Positions 42,221 to 53,573 of a DNA stretch of 64,000 nucleotides are shown piece by piece. Where the stretch lies: positions 59,785 through 123,784 of the forward strand of contig JAZQBA010000016.1 of assembly GCA_045545515.1 (NCBI GenBank), given 5' to 3'. This DNA comes from Acutalibacteraceae bacterium (GTDB lineage Bacteria > Bacillota > Clostridia > Oscillospirales > Acutalibacteraceae). How positions within the stretch are numbered: position 1 is the first letter of the stretch; each line of letters opens with the position of its first letter. The position numbers and the translations under genes are program-made. The notes beneath the pieces are model-generated. The model did no database searches. It had not been told where the DNA came from and saw only the letters and a program-made list of their open reading frames with translations.

Positions 42221-43189
42221 CTATGAAAGAAGCGCAAAGGTGTACCCTCTAGCACGGATCTCATCAATCGCCGGCCCAAGGGCGGCCGTATCACTCTGGG
42301 ATACCGCGTGTAGCAAATAAATGGTGCCGTTTTGGGTATTGGAAAGAATCCGCTCGAGCGTGACTTCCACGGCAGGTTGGTTGGCCGGGTCCCAATCATT
42401 GTGGGCAAAGTTCCAGAACACCGAGGTATAGCCCATCGATTGCAACAGTGCCAACATTCGGTCGCTGTGTTCCCCCATCGGGAAACGGAACAACGTCATT
42501 TGATAACCAAAATTATTCGCAACGTAATCGTGAAGTTCCTGAACTTCGGCGTAAGCCGTAGCCAGATCCAAAGTTGGGAAAGACTTGTGTTTAACGCTGT
42601 GATTGCCAACGACGTGACCCTCGGCAATCATGCGCGAAACGAGGTGCGGATGGCTTTTTACGTAACTCATGGTCACAAAGAACACGGCTTTGACGTCCTT
42701 TTGCGCCAGAATATCCAAAATCGCGGGGGTGTATCCGTTTTCATACCCCTCGTCAAAGGTCAGATAAACCACAGGTTGCGTTCGGTCGGCGGTCGTCAAT
42801 GCGCCAAACTGTGAAAAATAGTCCTGGCGGTTTTCACTGTGCAACCAACCGTGACCGCGTTTGGTATTATCGAGGTTCATCAGGTGATTGTAAACCTCTT
42901 CGGTCATAGCCGCAGGGCGGTTGACCGTCGGTGGCGGCGCAGGGGTCGTGACGGGCGGTTGTGTTTGCGCCTGTGCCTGTTGGGCAGCAAGTTGCGCTTG
43001 CCGTTCTTGTTCCAGGCGTTCTTGTTCCAAGCGTTCTTGTTCCAAACGCTGTTGTTCCAACAACTGTGCTTGGATTTGTTCGCTTGAAGTTTGTGGTTGA
43101 CTGGAAACGTTGTCGGTATCCCCTTGTTTTCGGCAACCCGACAAAAGCAAGAGTCCCATCACCAAAACAACCGCTAAAATCTTCCGCAT
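42221..43189 (-). CDS. Polysaccharide deacetylase family lipoprotein (NodB domain)
   Basis: Lipobox LLLSGC, a Q/E/R-rich repeat linker, then NodB motifs TFDEGY and HSVKH. Confidence 0.85.
   Translation of the reverse strand: MRKILAVVLVMGLLLLSGCRKQGDTDNVSSQPQTSSEQIQAQLLEQQRLEQERLEQERLEQERQAQLAAQQAQAQTQPPVTTPAPPPTVNRPAAMTEEVYNHLMNLDNTKRGHGWLHSENRQDYFSQFGALTTADRTQPVVYLTFDEGYENGYTPAILDILAQKDVKAVFFVTMSYVKSHPHLVSRMIAEGHVVGNHSVKHKSFPTLDLATAYAEVQELHDYVANNFGYQMTLFRFPMGEHSDRMLALLQSMGYTSVFWNFAHNDWDPANQPAVEVTLERILSNTQNGTIYLLHAVSQSDTAALGPAIDEIRARGYTFALLS
43001..43060. repeat. 4 x 15-nt in-frame tandem repeat inside the deacetylase gene
   Basis: (c/g)cgttcttgttcca(g/a) x3 plus one diverged copy. Encodes the LEQER pentapeptide repeats. 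Confidence 0.9.
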
Positions 43190-43202
43190 TTTTCATTCCC
43201 CT

Positions 43203-43238
43203 TAAAAAAAATCGCCATCGGGAAATCCCGATGGCGAT
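43203..43238 (-). terminator. Terminator of the str operon (after tuf)
   Basis: atcgccatcggga-aa-tcccgatggcgat 13-bp stem followed by T7-8 on the minus strand. Confidence 0.9.
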
Positions 43239-43262
43239 AAAAATTCGTTCAACGAAATAAAA

Positions 43263-44465
43263 TTATTCGTTAACCTTGGTAACAACACCCGAACCAACGG
43301 TACGGCCGCCTTCACGGATAGCGAAACGAAGACCCTCTTCGATAGCGATCGGGGTGATCAATTCAACATCCATCTCAACGTTATCACCGGGCATGCACAT
43401 CTCGGTGCCGGCAGGCAGAGATACAACACCGGTAACGTCGGTCGTTCTGAAGTAGAACTGCGGACGATAGTTGTTGAAGAACGGAGTATGACGTCCGCCT
43501 TCTTCCTTGGTCAGAATGTAAACCTGGCCATGGAACTTGGTGTGCGGGTTGATGGAGCCGGGTTTGCAGAGAACCTGACCACGCTCGATTTCGTCACGAG
43601 CAATACCACGGAGAAGTGCACCAACGTTATCGCCGGCCTCACAATAATCCAGGGTCTTGCGGAACATTTCCATCGAGGTAACAACCGTCTTGTTGCGCTC
43701 TTCGGTCAAACCGATGATTTCAACTTCGTCGCCGGCGTTCAACTGACCACGCTCTACACGACCGGTAACAACGGTACCACGGCCGGAAATGGTCATAACG
43801 TCTTCGATCGGCATCAAGAAGGGCATGTCAGCCTTACGATCCGGAGTCGGAATGTAGCTGTCAACAGCGTCCATCAATTCTTTGATGGGAGCATATTCAG
43901 CAGCAGTCGGATCATTGGAAGCGCACTCCAAAGCAACAAGAGCAGAACCCTTAACGATCGGGGTGTCGTCGCCCGGGAACTCGTACTTGTCGAGGGTCTC
44001 ACGAATTTCCATCTCTACGAGATCGAGCAATTCGGGATCGTCAACCTGGACAACCTTGTTCATGAAAACAACGATCGACGGAACGCCAACCTGACGGGCC
44101 AAGAGCAAGTGCTCCTTGGTCTGAGCCATCGGGCCGTCGGTAGAAGCGATAACGAGGATAGCACCGTCCATCTGAGCAGCACCGGTGATCATGTTCTTAA
44201 CATAGTCGGCGTGTCCGGGGCAGTCAACGTGAGCATAGTGACGAGCATCGGTCTCGTACTCAACGTGAGCGGTGTTGATGGTGATACCACGCTCTCTCTC
44301 TTCGGGAGCCTTATCGATGTTTGCATAGTCCTCGAACTGTGCCTTGCCGCTCAGGGACAAGAACTTGGTGATTGCAGCAGTCAGAGTAGTCTTACCATGG
44401 TCAACGTGACCAATGGTACCAATGTTTACGTGGGGCTTATTTCTTTCAAATTTTGCCTTTGCCAT
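43263..44465 (-). CDS. tuf: Elongation factor Tu
   Basis: [27 protein letters not shown]. 400 aa. Start trimmed to ATG 44465 (AAGGAGG RBS). Confidence 0.98.
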   Translation of the reverse strand: MAKAKFERNKPHVNIGTIGHVDHGKTTLTAAITKFLSLSGKAQFEDYANIDKAPEERERGITINTAHVEYETDARHYAHVDCPGHADYVKNMITGAAQMDGAILVIASTDGPMAQTKEHLLLARQVGVPSIVVFMNKVVQVDDPELLDLVEMEIRETLDKYEFPGDDTPIVKGSALVALECASNDPTAAEYAPIKELMDAVDSYIPTPDRKADMPFLMPIEDVMTISGRGTVVTGRVERGQLNAGDEVEIIGLTEERNKTVVTSMEMFRKTLDYCEAGDNVGALLRGIARDEIERGQVLCKPGSINPHTKFHGQVYILTKEEGGRHTPFFNNYRPQFYFRTTDVTGVVSLPAGTEMCMPGDNVEMDVELITPIAIEEGLRFAIREGGRTVGSGVVTKVNE

Positions 44466-44551
44466 TGTGATTTTCCTCCTTAAAATAAGTGGTTCAAATT
44501 TTGATATTTTTAGTTTATCAAATATTGCCTGAAATTTCAAGCATTATTTCA

Positions 44552-46636
44552 TTAATTGTCCTTCTTGGAACGCGTGGAGATGATCTTCTCCGCAATGCTC
44601 TTCGGAACTTCTTTGTAACCGTCGGGTTCCATGACGTACTGGCCGCGGCCCTGGGTCTTGGAACGAAGGTCGGTTGCGTAACCGAACATATCGCCGAGCG
44701 GTACACGAGAATTGATCTGCTTTACGCCCGAACGGTCTTCAAAGCCCTGAATCTCACCACGGCGAGAGTTCAAGTCGCCGATAACGTCGCCCATGTATTC
44801 CTCGGGAACGATAACGGTAACCTTCATGATGGGTTCCAACAGAACGGGTTCTGCCTTGCGGCAAGCCTCTTTGAATGCCATCGAACCGGCAATCTTAAAG
44901 GCCATTTCAGAAGAGTCAACTTCGTGATACGAACCGTCGTACAGCGTAACCTTTACGTCAACAACGGGGTAGCTGGCCAGAACACCGGCCTGCAAAGCAC
45001 CCTGAATACCGGTATCAACCGCGGGAATGTATTCCTTCGGAATGGTACCGCCGGTAACAGCGTTGATGAATTCGTAGCCCTTGCCGGTCTCGTTGGGTTC
45101 AACGATGATCTTAACGTGACCGTACTGACCCGAACCACCGGACTGACGCTTGTACTTGGTTTCGTGGTTGACCTTCTGACGGATGCTTTCTTTGTAAGCA
45201 ACCTGCGGAGCGCCGACGTTGGCTTCGATCTTGAATTCACGAAGCAGACGGTCAACGATGATTTCCAGGTGCAACTCACCCATACCGGCGATGATGGTCT
45301 GACCGGTTTCTTCATCGGTGTAGCACTTAAAGGTCGGATCTTCCTCGGCGAGTTTTGCCAATGCAATACCCATCTTTTCCTGACCGGCTTTGGTCTTGGG
45401 TTCGATGGCAACACGGATAACCGGCTCGGGGAAGTTCATGGATTCGAGAATGATGGGATGTTTCTCATCGCAGAGCGTGTCACCGGTGGTGGTATTCTTC
45501 AGACCAACGGCGGCCGCGATATCACCTGAATAACAGGTTTCGATTTCTTCGCGGTGGTTGGCGTGCATCTGCAGGATACGACCCAATCTCTCTTTATTCT
45601 GTTTTACCGTGTTGTAAACACCGGAACCGGCATCAACCTTACCGGAGTAGACACGGAAGAAGCAGATCTTACCAACAAACGGGTCGGTAGCGATTTTGAA
45701 AGCCAGAGCGGAAAACGGCTCTTCATCCGAAGAGTGACGAACTTCCTCCTCGTTGGTATCGGGGTTTACACCCTTAATGGCTTCAATATCGGTCGGAGCC
45801 GGCATATAGTCCACGATGGCATCCAGCAGCGGCTGAACGCCCTTGTTGCGGTAAGAAGTGCCGCAGCAGATCGGAACCATTTCATTGGCGATGGTGGCTT
45901 TGCGGATGATTTTCTTCATCTGCTCAACCGTCGGCTCTTCACCCTCGAAGTACTTTTCCATCATCTCTTCGTCCTGCTCAACGATCGATTCGATCATCGC
46001 AGTACGGTACTTCGCGGCGAGTTCTTTCATGTCCTCGGGGATTTCCTCGTGGCGGACATCCTTACCAAGGTCATCATAATAAATTTCCGCACGGTTTTCA
46101 ACCAGGTCGATAACACCACGGAAGGTGTCCTCGGCGCCGATCGGCAACTGAATCGGAACTGCGTTGCAGTTAAAACGCTCACGAACCATGTCGAGAACGC
46201 GGTAGAAGTCCGCACCCATAATGTCCATTTTGTTCACATAGATCATACGGGGAACGCGGTACTCGTCAGCCTGACGCCATACGGTTTCAGACTGCGGCTC
46301 AACACCACCCTTGGCGCACAGAACGGTTACCGAACCGTCCAACACGCGCAGCGAACGCTGAACTTCAACGGTGAAGTCCACGTGTCCGGGAGTGTCGATA
46401 ATATTGATACGATGGTCATTCCAGAAGCAAGTCGTCGCAGCGGAGGTAATGGTAATACCTCTCTCCTGCTCCTGCTCCATCCAGTCCATAGTTGACGCAC
46501 CGTCATGGGTCTCGCCCAATTTACGGTTAATACCTGTGTAGAACAAAATACGCTCGGTGGTGGTTGTTTTACCTGCGTCAATATGCGCCATAATACCAAT
46601 ATTTCTTGTCATTTCAAGAGAAACTTTTCTTGGCAT
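44552..46636 (-). CDS. fusA: Elongation factor G
   Basis: [24 protein letters not shown]. 694 aa. Start trimmed to ATG 46636 (GGAGG RBS). Confidence 0.98.
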   Translation of the reverse strand: MPRKVSLEMTRNIGIMAHIDAGKTTTTERILFYTGINRKLGETHDGASTMDWMEQEQERGITITSAATTCFWNDHRINIIDTPGHVDFTVEVQRSLRVLDGSVTVLCAKGGVEPQSETVWRQADEYRVPRMIYVNKMDIMGADFYRVLDMVRERFNCNAVPIQLPIGAEDTFRGVIDLVENRAEIYYDDLGKDVRHEEIPEDMKELAAKYRTAMIESIVEQDEEMMEKYFEGEEPTVEQMKKIIRKATIANEMVPICCGTSYRNKGVQPLLDAIVDYMPAPTDIEAIKGVNPDTNEEEVRHSSDEEPFSALAFKIATDPFVGKICFFRVYSGKVDAGSGVYNTVKQNKERLGRILQMHANHREEIETCYSGDIAAAVGLKNTTTGDTLCDEKHPIILESMNFPEPVIRVAIEPKTKAGQEKMGIALAKLAEEDPTFKCYTDEETGQTIIAGMGELHLEIIVDRLLREFKIEANVGAPQVAYKESIRQKVNHETKYKRQSGGSGQYGHVKIIVEPNETGKGYEFINAVTGGTIPKEYIPAVDTGIQGALQAGVLASYPVVDVKVTLYDGSYHEVDSSEMAFKIAGSMAFKEACRKAEPVLLEPIMKVTVIVPEEYMGDVIGDLNSRRGEIQGFEDRSGVKQINSRVPLGDMFGYATDLRSKTQGRGQYVMEPDGYKEVPKSIAEKIISTRSKKDN

Positions 46637-46683
46637 ATAAACCTCCATCCCGCCATTGCGGCGGCTTGTACATTAATGACAGA

Positions 46684-47154
46684 TTACCATCTGTAATGGG
46701 CAAACGCGCGGTTTGCTTCTGCCATCTTGTGCGTATCTTCACGTTTCTTAGCGGCGCCGCCCAATCCATTGACAGCGTCGAGAATCTCAGCAGCGAGACG
46801 CTCCTTCATGGTGCGCTCATTGCGGTTGCGGCTGTAGGTAGTCAGCCAGCGCAGACCCAACGTCTGCTTTCTTTCCGGACGAACCTCGAAAGGAACCTGG
46901 TAGGTTGCACCACCCTTACGGACAGCCTTAACCTCCAACTGCGGCATAACGTTTTCCATTGCCGCGTCAAATACTTCCAGCGGATCTTTTCCGGTCTTTT
47001 CTGCAATAATTTCGAAAGCGCCGTAAACGATCTTCTGGGCAACACCCTTCTTACCGTCCAGCATAATGTTGTTGATCAAACGGGTCACAACCTTGGAATT
47101 GTAGATCGGATCCGGCAAAACATCACGCTTTGCAATAAAGCCTCTTCTTGGCAC
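46684..47154 (-). CDS. rpsG: 30S ribosomal protein S7
   Basis: (M)[25 protein letters not shown] start 47154 with AAGGAGGG upstream. 156 aa. Confidence 0.97.
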   Translation of the reverse strand: MPRRGFIAKRDVLPDPIYNSKVVTRLINNIMLDGKKGVAQKIVYGAFEIIAEKTGKDPLEVFDAAMENVMPQLEVKAVRKGGATYQVPFEVRPERKQTLGLRWLTTYSRNRNERTMKERLAAEILDAVNGLGGAAKKREDTHKMAEANRAFAHYRW

Positions 47155-47293
47155 TTTACTTCCCTCCTTCATAAAGATGATATCATAGGTACTCGAGTTA
47201 CTTCGGTCCCGTCGCACCAAGCAAGGCGTATATACAATTTATATATAAACGCCGCTGCTTGTTTTGCAGCAGAGATTTTTTCACCCTTTTTAA

Positions 47294-47716
47294 TTACTTC
47301 GCACCTGCCTTCGGACGCTTCGCACCGTACTTCGAGCGCGACTGCATCCGCTTTGCAACACCCTGTGTATCAAGGGTTCCGCGGATGATGTGATAACGCA
47401 CACCGGGAAGGTCCTTAACACGGCCGCCACGAATCAGAACCACACTGTGTTCCTGAAGATTATGACCGATACCGGGAATGTAAGCAGATACTTCGATTCC
47501 GTTGGAAAGACGTACTCTGGCGATTTTACGCAAAGCAGAGTTCGGCTTTTTCGGCGTGGAGGTCTTAACAGCTGTGCAAACGCCGCGTTTCTGCGGAGAA
47601 TCGTTATCGGTCTGCTTGCGCTTCATCGAGTTGTAACCCTTCAAAAGAGCAGGAGCCTTTGCTTTTTTCTCCATCGTTTCGCGACCACTGCGAACTAACT
47701 GGTTAAAAGTAGGCAC
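47294..47716 (-). CDS. rpsL: 30S ribosomal protein S12
   Basis: MPTFNQLVR...[10 protein letters not shown]...[13 protein letters not shown]. 140 aa. Confidence 0.98.
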   Translation of the reverse strand: MPTFNQLVRSGRETMEKKAKAPALLKGYNSMKRKQTDNDSPQKRGVCTAVKTSTPKKPNSALRKIARVRLSNGIEVSAYIPGIGHNLQEHSVVLIRGGRVKDLPGVRYHIIRGTLDTQGVAKRMQSRSKYGAKRPKAGAK

Positions 47717-47780
47717 TCATTACACCTTCCTTTCTTTGTTGAATTTGCGTAGAATTGCGCGCAATCCCACACATTAACCA

Positions 47781-47809
47781 AGAATACCACACGTTTCCAT
47801 TTTTGTCAA
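47781..47809 (-). promoter_or_regulatory. Promoter of the str operon
   Basis: Minus strand reads TTGACA-17 nt-TATTCT with a TGg extended -10. Confidence 0.65.
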
Positions 47810-47875
47810 CCCCTTTTTTTGCCGTAAAAACGCGCCGTAACAGTAGGTTGACCCACCCCTTGACAAAATATACCA

Positions 47876-47911
47876 AAAGGATACCTTTGGGCAAAAACAA
47901 AGGTATCCTTT
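47876..47911 (-). terminator. Terminator after recG
   Basis: aaaggatacctttg-8 nt-caaaggtatccttt 14-bp stem followed by T-rich sequence on the minus strand. Confidence 0.85.
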
Positions 47912-47914
47912 TTC

Positions 47915-49927
47915 TTAATTTTCGTTCATTCGGTTGTAAAGTGTGATGATCTCGCGGCGAAGTGCGGCGTGTTCTTCCTGTTTTAGGCGCGGGTCTAGTT
48001 CAAGAAGATCCATCACGGCGCTTCGCGCCGATTTCATCAGTTCCAGATCGTCCGACAAATCGGCAATCCGAAGTTCGGGAAGCCCGTGTTGTCGCCGCCC
48101 GAGGAAATCACCCGCACCGCGAAGACGAAGGTCCTCGTCGGCAATCTGAAAACCGTCGGTCGTCGACGTCAATACCTTCAGGCGCGGTGCCTTGCTTTTA
48201 GAGATCAGAATACAGGTCGAAGCAAACGGACCGCGACCGATACGGCCGCGCAACTGGTGCAGTTGCGAAAGACCGAACCGCTCGGCGTTTTCAATGACCA
48301 TAATGGCGGCGTTGGGCACGTCGATCCCCACTTCGATGACGGTGGTGCAAACGAGCAGTTGCACGCGGCCTTCCTGGAAGTCGCGCATTACTTCTTCTTT
48401 GCGCTTGGCCGACATTTTGCCGTGCAGAAGGCCCAATCGGTAGTCGCGGAAGGTACCGCTCTGCAATTCTTCAAAATATTCCTCGGCCGAAGCGGTATCG
48501 AGCGTTTCGCTCTCGGCCACCAAGGGACAAACAAGATACCCCTGTCGTCCCTCATCAAGGTGTTTTTTTACGTAGGCGTAGGCCCGCTTGTGATAATCGG
48601 GCGTTACGCAGTAGGTTTCGATTGCTTTTCGGCCTTTTGGATATTCGTCCAACACGCTCAATTCCAAGTCGCCGTAAAGAATCAACCCCAACGTTCTCGG
48701 AATGGGGGTCGCCGACATAACAAGGGTGTGCGGTCGGCCGCCTTTTGCGGCAAGTTGCGCGCGTTGGGCCACGCCGAAACGGTGTTGCTCGTCGGTGATG
48801 ACCAACCCCAAATTGGAAAACTCAACGTCCTCGGTCAAGAGCGCGTGGGTACCGACGGCAATCTGCGCCGCACCCGAAGCCAACAACTCTTTGGCCGCCG
48901 TCTTCTGTTTTTTGGTTTTCGAGCCGGTCAACAAGACGCACGAAATGCCTTTATCGGCAAAAAAGCCGGTTAAGGTTTCAAAATGTTGCTCGGCCAACAG
49001 TTCGGTCGGCGCCATTAGGGCCGCCTGATAACCGTTTTTGGCCAAGAGGTAGCAAAGCACCGCCGCCACGGCCGTTTTTCCGCTGCCGACGTCGCCCTGC
49101 AACAAGCGGTTCATCACTTTACCGGAACTCAGATCGGCGACACATTCTTCAATGGCGCGAAGTTGCGCACCCGTGAGCGAAAAAGGCAGGGCCTCAATCA
49201 ATTCCCGATGGCATTTGTTTGTCATACAAACGCCCGTTGCGGCGCGGCGCTTATTCTTCATCAGCCCCAGTGCCGTTTGCAGAATAAACAGTTCCTCATA
49301 AACCAAACGCTTTTTGGCGCGTTCCATCGCTTCCACACTGCGCGGAAAATGAATATTTTCAATCGCAAAGGACAAGGAACACAAATTTTCCTTGGCCAAA
49401 ACCTCGGCGGGAATGGGGTCCTCGGGAAAACCGAGTGCCAACGCGTTTTTGACGAGGTTGCCCAAGATTTTTGAGGTAATCCCCGCCGTTTGGCGGTAGA
49501 CGGGGACGATCTTCGCCGCACCCGCCTCGGCAATTTCGGGCGAAGACATTTCGGGCCAAATGGAATTTTCGTTCAGTTTTCCGAGGAACAGATACGTACT
49601 GCCTTTGTGAAGGCGCATGGCCAGATACCGCGTGTTGAAAAGGGTCACGCTCAACCGCGCCCCGCGTTCATCTTCGGCGGCAAAGCGGTAAAGGGTCATT
49701 CCCGGGCGTTTCTTTTCTTCGATCACTTCGGTCACGATCGTTGCTTTCACGCAGACCTTTTCCCCTGCGGGACAGTCGGACAAAAGTTTCGGACTGCTCC
49801 AATCCTCATACGAGCGCGGATAATAACGCAAAAGGGCACCGACGGTATCGATGCCCAATTTTTCGAGGTTCTTTGCGCGTTTTTCACCCACGCCTTTCAA
49901 ATAGCGAATCTCGGTGTTTAATTCCAT
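47915..49927 (-). CDS. recG: ATP-dependent DNA helicase RecG
   Basis: Wedge-domain N-terminus, helicase motif I GDVGSGKT, DEQHRFG, and a C-terminal TRG-region pattern. Start trimmed to ATG 49927, just after the yloV stop. Confidence 0.95.
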   Translation of the reverse strand: MELNTEIRYLKGVGEKRAKNLEKLGIDTVGALLRYYPRSYEDWSSPKLLSDCPAGEKVCVKATIVTEVIEEKKRPGMTLYRFAAEDERGARLSVTLFNTRYLAMRLHKGSTYLFLGKLNENSIWPEMSSPEIAEAGAAKIVPVYRQTAGITSKILGNLVKNALALGFPEDPIPAEVLAKENLCSLSFAIENIHFPRSVEAMERAKKRLVYEELFILQTALGLMKNKRRAATGVCMTNKCHRELIEALPFSLTGAQLRAIEECVADLSSGKVMNRLLQGDVGSGKTAVAAVLCYLLAKNGYQAALMAPTELLAEQHFETLTGFFADKGISCVLLTGSKTKKQKTAAKELLASGAAQIAVGTHALLTEDVEFSNLGLVITDEQHRFGVAQRAQLAAKGGRPHTLVMSATPIPRTLGLILYGDLELSVLDEYPKGRKAIETYCVTPDYHKRAYAYVKKHLDEGRQGYLVCPLVAESETLDTASAEEYFEELQSGTFRDYRLGLLHGKMSAKRKEEVMRDFQEGRVQLLVCTTVIEVGIDVPNAAIMVIENAERFGLSQLHQLRGRIGRGPFASTCILISKSKAPRLKVLTSTTDGFQIADEDLRLRGAGDFLGRRQHGLPELRIADLSDDLELMKSARSAVMDLLELDPRLKQEEHAALRREIITLYNRMNEN

Positions 49928-49928
49928 T

Positions 49929-51617
49929 TTATTCCACCGAAAGGATGAAATAGTAGACCGGTTGACCGCCGCAAATCGTGGTGATTTCGACGCGGTTGCC
50001 GTACTTGGCCTGCAACTGTTGTTCAATCGCCAACGCCTGTTCCTCGGTGATATCTTCGCCGTAGAAGAGGTTGACAAACTGACTGTCGCGCTTGATCATC
50101 TGTTTGGCGAGTTTCATCACGGCGCGGTCGAGTTCGGTTTCCACCAAAGCCAACTTGCCGTTTGCCAATGCCAACAGTTCACCTTTTTTAATTTTATGTC
50201 CCTCGTAATCCGAATCACGGGCGGCAAAGGTGATTTGACCCGTTGCGATGGTTTCGGTCGCCTTCTGCATTGCAATGGCATTGGCCTCGTCATCGGCCTC
50301 GGGGTCAAAGGCTAACATCGCCGAAATACCCTGCGGAATGGTACGGGTGTGTACCACAACAATTTTACGGGTACTGATCGGAATCGCCTGTTCGGCCGCC
50401 ATAATAATATTCTTGTTATTGGGCAACACGTATACCGTCGAAGCGGGGGTTGCCTCAACCGCACGTAAAATATCGTCGGTGCTCGGATTCATGGTCTGAC
50501 CGCCGCTGACGATCTCGTCGACGCCCAAATCGCGGAACACTTCGGTAATACCCTCACCCGCGCAGACCGAAACGAAACCAACCTCTTTGGTGATTTCAAC
50601 CGCTTGGATCACTTCGTTGCGGTCGGCCGTTTTGGCGGGAGCGGCCTTGGCGTTCTCAGCGTCGTGCTTGGCGCGTTCGTGCTGATCGCGCATATTCTCA
50701 ATCTTCAAATGCACCAACTGACCAAAGCCCAGAGCGTTTTCAATCGCGTTGCCGGGATGGTCGGTATGCACGTGAACCTTAATGATCTCCTCGTCGTCTA
50801 CGACCACGACGCAGTCGCCGATACCCTCCAAATAAGCGCGCAGTTCCTGCGGCTCTTTCGCGCATTCGGGCGCACGGTTGACGATAAATTCGGTACAATA
50901 GGTAAAGGTGATTTCGGTTTCGAATTCACCCGCCGCATTACGGGAAGACTCTTCTTCCTGCGGCGCGGTATCTTCGGCCGCGTTATTCGATGCAATAACG
51001 ACCCCGTCGCGGAAGACCGACATCATACCCTCTAAAATCATCACAAAGCCCTGACCGCCGGCATCGACAACACCGGCCTTTTTGAGTACAGGCAACAGTT
51101 CGGGGGTTTCGGCCAAAGCTTTTTTGGCACCCTCGATCGCCGCTTCAAAAACGCCCAGCGCGTCTTTCCCTTCGTCACGAGCGGCACAGGCATATTCGCT
51201 GGCAACACGCGCAACGGTCAGAATGGTACCCTCGGTCGGTTTCATGACGGCCTTATAAGCCGCCTCAACACCCAGGGTAAAGGCCGCCGCAAGATTATCG
51301 GCGGTTACGGTTTCGTCTTCACCGATGCCCTTGGCAAAGCCGCGGAACAAAAGCGACGTGATAACACCCGAGTTTCCGCGGGCGCCGCGCAACAAGGCCG
51401 CCGCGTTGACCGAAGCCACCTTACCGGCTGTTTCGTTCTGAATCTTTTCCAGTTCGCGAACGGCGCTGGAAAAGGTCATCGACATATTGGTTCCCGTATC
51501 GCCATCGGGCACGGGGAAAATATTCAGGTCATCCACCTGTTTGCGGTGATTCGCCAAATGATTTGCCGCAGAGAACAACGCGTCTCTGAGCACGTTTCCG
51601 TTAAACAATCCAAACAC
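49929..51617 (-). CDS. DAK2 domain fusion protein YloV
   Basis: PDGDTGTNM DAK2 motif plus a C-terminal DegV-like/uncharacterised half. yloU-yloV-recG gene order. Confidence 0.88.
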   Translation of the reverse strand: MFGLFNGNVLRDALFSAANHLANHRKQVDDLNIFPVPDGDTGTNMSMTFSSAVRELEKIQNETAGKVASVNAAALLRGARGNSGVITSLLFRGFAKGIGEDETVTADNLAAAFTLGVEAAYKAVMKPTEGTILTVARVASEYACAARDEGKDALGVFEAAIEGAKKALAETPELLPVLKKAGVVDAGGQGFVMILEGMMSVFRDGVVIASNNAAEDTAPQEEESSRNAAGEFETEITFTYCTEFIVNRAPECAKEPQELRAYLEGIGDCVVVVDDEEIIKVHVHTDHPGNAIENALGFGQLVHLKIENMRDQHERAKHDAENAKAAPAKTADRNEVIQAVEITKEVGFVSVCAGEGITEVFRDLGVDEIVSGGQTMNPSTDDILRAVEATPASTVYVLPNNKNIIMAAEQAIPISTRKIVVVHTRTIPQGISAMLAFDPEADDEANAIAMQKATETIATGQITFAARDSDYEGHKIKKGELLALANGKLALVETELDRAVMKLAKQMIKRDSQFVNLFYGEDITEEQALAIEQQLQAKYGNRVEITTICGGQPVYYFILSVE

Positions 51618-51626
51618 TCCTTCGAA

Positions 51627-51977
51627 TTATTCGTGCATATCGTCAACCTTAATGACGACCTTTTCGACCTCGATGCCGGTTGCTTGTTTGACGGCATACT
51701 CAACCTTTTCGGTAATGCTGTTGGCAATTGCGCTGATGTTTGTACCGTAAGCCACGGCCAGGTGAATCTCGACACGCATGGTTTCGATCGTACCCGTTAC
51801 GTGAATGCCGGTATCCACCGTTTCTTTACGGGAAATGAGCTGAGAAATTCGTTGACGGGGGTTGTGCGGTTTCATACCGACAACACCGAAACAGGACGTT
51901 ACCTCGTGACCGATCAACTTGGAAAGATAGGCTTCTGACAACGTAACGGTTCCCAATCTGGTTTCATAGGTAATCAT
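51627..51977 (-). CDS. Asp23/Gls24 family envelope stress protein (YloU-like)
   Basis: 116 aa. The LSEAYLSKLIGHEVTSCFGVVGM pattern is typical of the alkaline shock protein 23 family. Confidence 0.85.
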   Translation of the reverse strand: MITYETRLGTVTLSEAYLSKLIGHEVTSCFGVVGMKPHNPRQRISQLISRKETVDTGIHVTGTIETMRVEIHLAVAYGTNISAIANSITEKVEYAVKQATGIEVEKVVIKVDDMHE

Positions 51978-51998
51978 GACAGATCCTCCTAAAAATTG

Positions 51999-53573
51999 TT
52001 AAAATTGTGCCATGGAAATATAGAGATCCGACGGCGTCGCACCCGAGGCCGTGCGGAGATCTTCGCTGTAGAAAAGAAGTCCCTTTCGGAACAGAACGGG
52101 TACGACCGGCATTTCGGTCAGTAAGACCGAGGCCACGTCGGCCACCGTTTTGTTACCCGAATAAAAACCGCCCAGAACTTCGCCCACCGTGGCGGGTTTG
52201 GGTTCACTGACAGCACCTTCGGCAGACGGTTGCTGTGTTTCTTCAGCCGTCGGCGGCAAAGCCGCAAGGCCATACGCCGCGCTACCGCCCGGAACGGTCA
52301 GTTGCGAAAGGTCCATATTCTTCAGAATACGAACTTCCCCCAAGTAGAGTTGGAACTGCCCGGCCGAAACGGCCGCCATATAGGAAGCGTAGTCCCGCTC
52401 AACGAGCGTAATTTGAATACCGCTCGCTTTTAACTGCTCGGCAATCATCCGCGCGGCCGACAACCGCGAAGGATTATCGCTGTTTACAAGCAAGGTCAGC
52501 GAAAGGGGTTTTCCGTTCGAATTGCAACGGTACCCATTTTCATCCAAACTATTATAACCTACTTTGCCCAAATTCTCAATAGCAATTTGCAAATCGGCCG
52601 ATTTTTTTATGGTTTGCACCGCTTTTGCGGGTGCAAAATCGGGGTGAAAAAAGCCCCTCGCCGGTACGGCGTTATTGAAATAGGCCGTTTTACAAAGTTC
52701 GGTTCGGTCAAGCGCCGAAGAAATGGCGTACCGCAAATAAGGTTCGGAAAGACCCGACGAGGCGGCGTTGATGCCGATATACACCAGATGGTTGAGATTT
52801 ACTTCGGTTCTTTTGCCGCGCATACGAACGATGTTGCCGTCCGAAAGGTCGGTAAAATAAAGGTCGGTCGTACCCACTTCAACGTAGTGGCTGATCGATT
52901 CTTCATCGGGCGCGTTGATGAGCGTTACTTTGGCAATACGGCTTTTTTCGCCGTAATAACCTTCGTTGCGCACCAGCGTTTCACCATCGACCACGTAGCG
53001 GCCGCTTCCCACGGGCGGCAGAGCCACACCGTCGATATCAGCCTGTTTATCGCTTCCCGCTTTCATAACGGGGAATTCCAACAAATTGACAAAATAGGGG
53101 TCATAACGCGTTAGCCGAAACTGCACCGTTTTGCCGTCGACCGCGGCGGCCGACTGAACCTCGTAAAGGTCTGCCGCATATTCCGCGCAAGCCTTGGCCT
53201 GTTGATAAGAATAGACCACATCGTCTGCCGTGACGGGTGTGCCGTCGGTAAACGCGACAGTTTTCAGAACCACCGTACAAACGTTGCCGTCCATCGCGAC
53301 CGATTCGGCCAGGCGGTACTCGGCCTCAAACGAATCGTTAACGCGTACCAGCGGTTCATACAAAAGCGCACTCAACTGGCGGTTGAGCGCCGATTTGGCC
53401 AAATACGGGTTGACGCTGTCACCGCTACAGTACAAAATCGAAAGCACCGCATCGGTCGCGGTCGCGGGGGTATCTTGCTCGCCGACAGACAACTGTGGGT
53501 CTTTCGCGTCGGCGCAGCCGCAAAGAGTCAGCAGCAAAACGGCCGACATCAACAAACATAAAATTCTTCTCAC
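51999..53573 (-). CDS. ABC transporter substrate-binding lipoprotein, family 5 (peptide/nickel type)
   Basis: Lipobox LTLCGC. ~500-aa SBP_bac_5-like architecture. GTG start overlaps the ymdB stop (GTGA). No cognate permease is adjacent. Confidence 0.7.
   Translation of the reverse strand: MRRILCLLMSAVLLLTLCGCADAKDPQLSVGEQDTPATATDAVLSILYCSGDSVNPYLAKSALNRQLSALLYEPLVRVNDSFEAEYRLAESVAMDGNVCTVVLKTVAFTDGTPVTADDVVYSYQQAKACAEYAADLYEVQSAAAVDGKTVQFRLTRYDPYFVNLLEFPVMKAGSDKQADIDGVALPPVGSGRYVVDGETLVRNEGYYGEKSRIAKVTLINAPDEESISHYVEVGTTDLYFTDLSDGNIVRMRGKRTEVNLNHLVYIGINAASSGLSEPYLRYAISSALDRTELCKTAYFNNAVPARGFFHPDFAPAKAVQTIKKSADLQIAIENLGKVGYNSLDENGYRCNSNGKPLSLTLLVNSDNPSRLSAARMIAEQLKASGIQITLVERDYASYMAAVSAGQFQLYLGEVRILKNMDLSQLTVPGGSAAYGLAALPPTAEETQQPSAEGAVSEPKPATVGEVLGGFYSGNKTVADVASVLLTEMPVVPVLFRKGLLFYSEDLRTASGATPSDLYISMAQF

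Noticed and set aside
43488-46495. Three long plus-strand ORFs (331, 346 and 313 aa) opposite tuf and fusA.
   Set aside because: These are typical antisense open frames of highly expressed, codon-biased genes. EF-Tu and EF-G identity on the minus strand is unambiguous.
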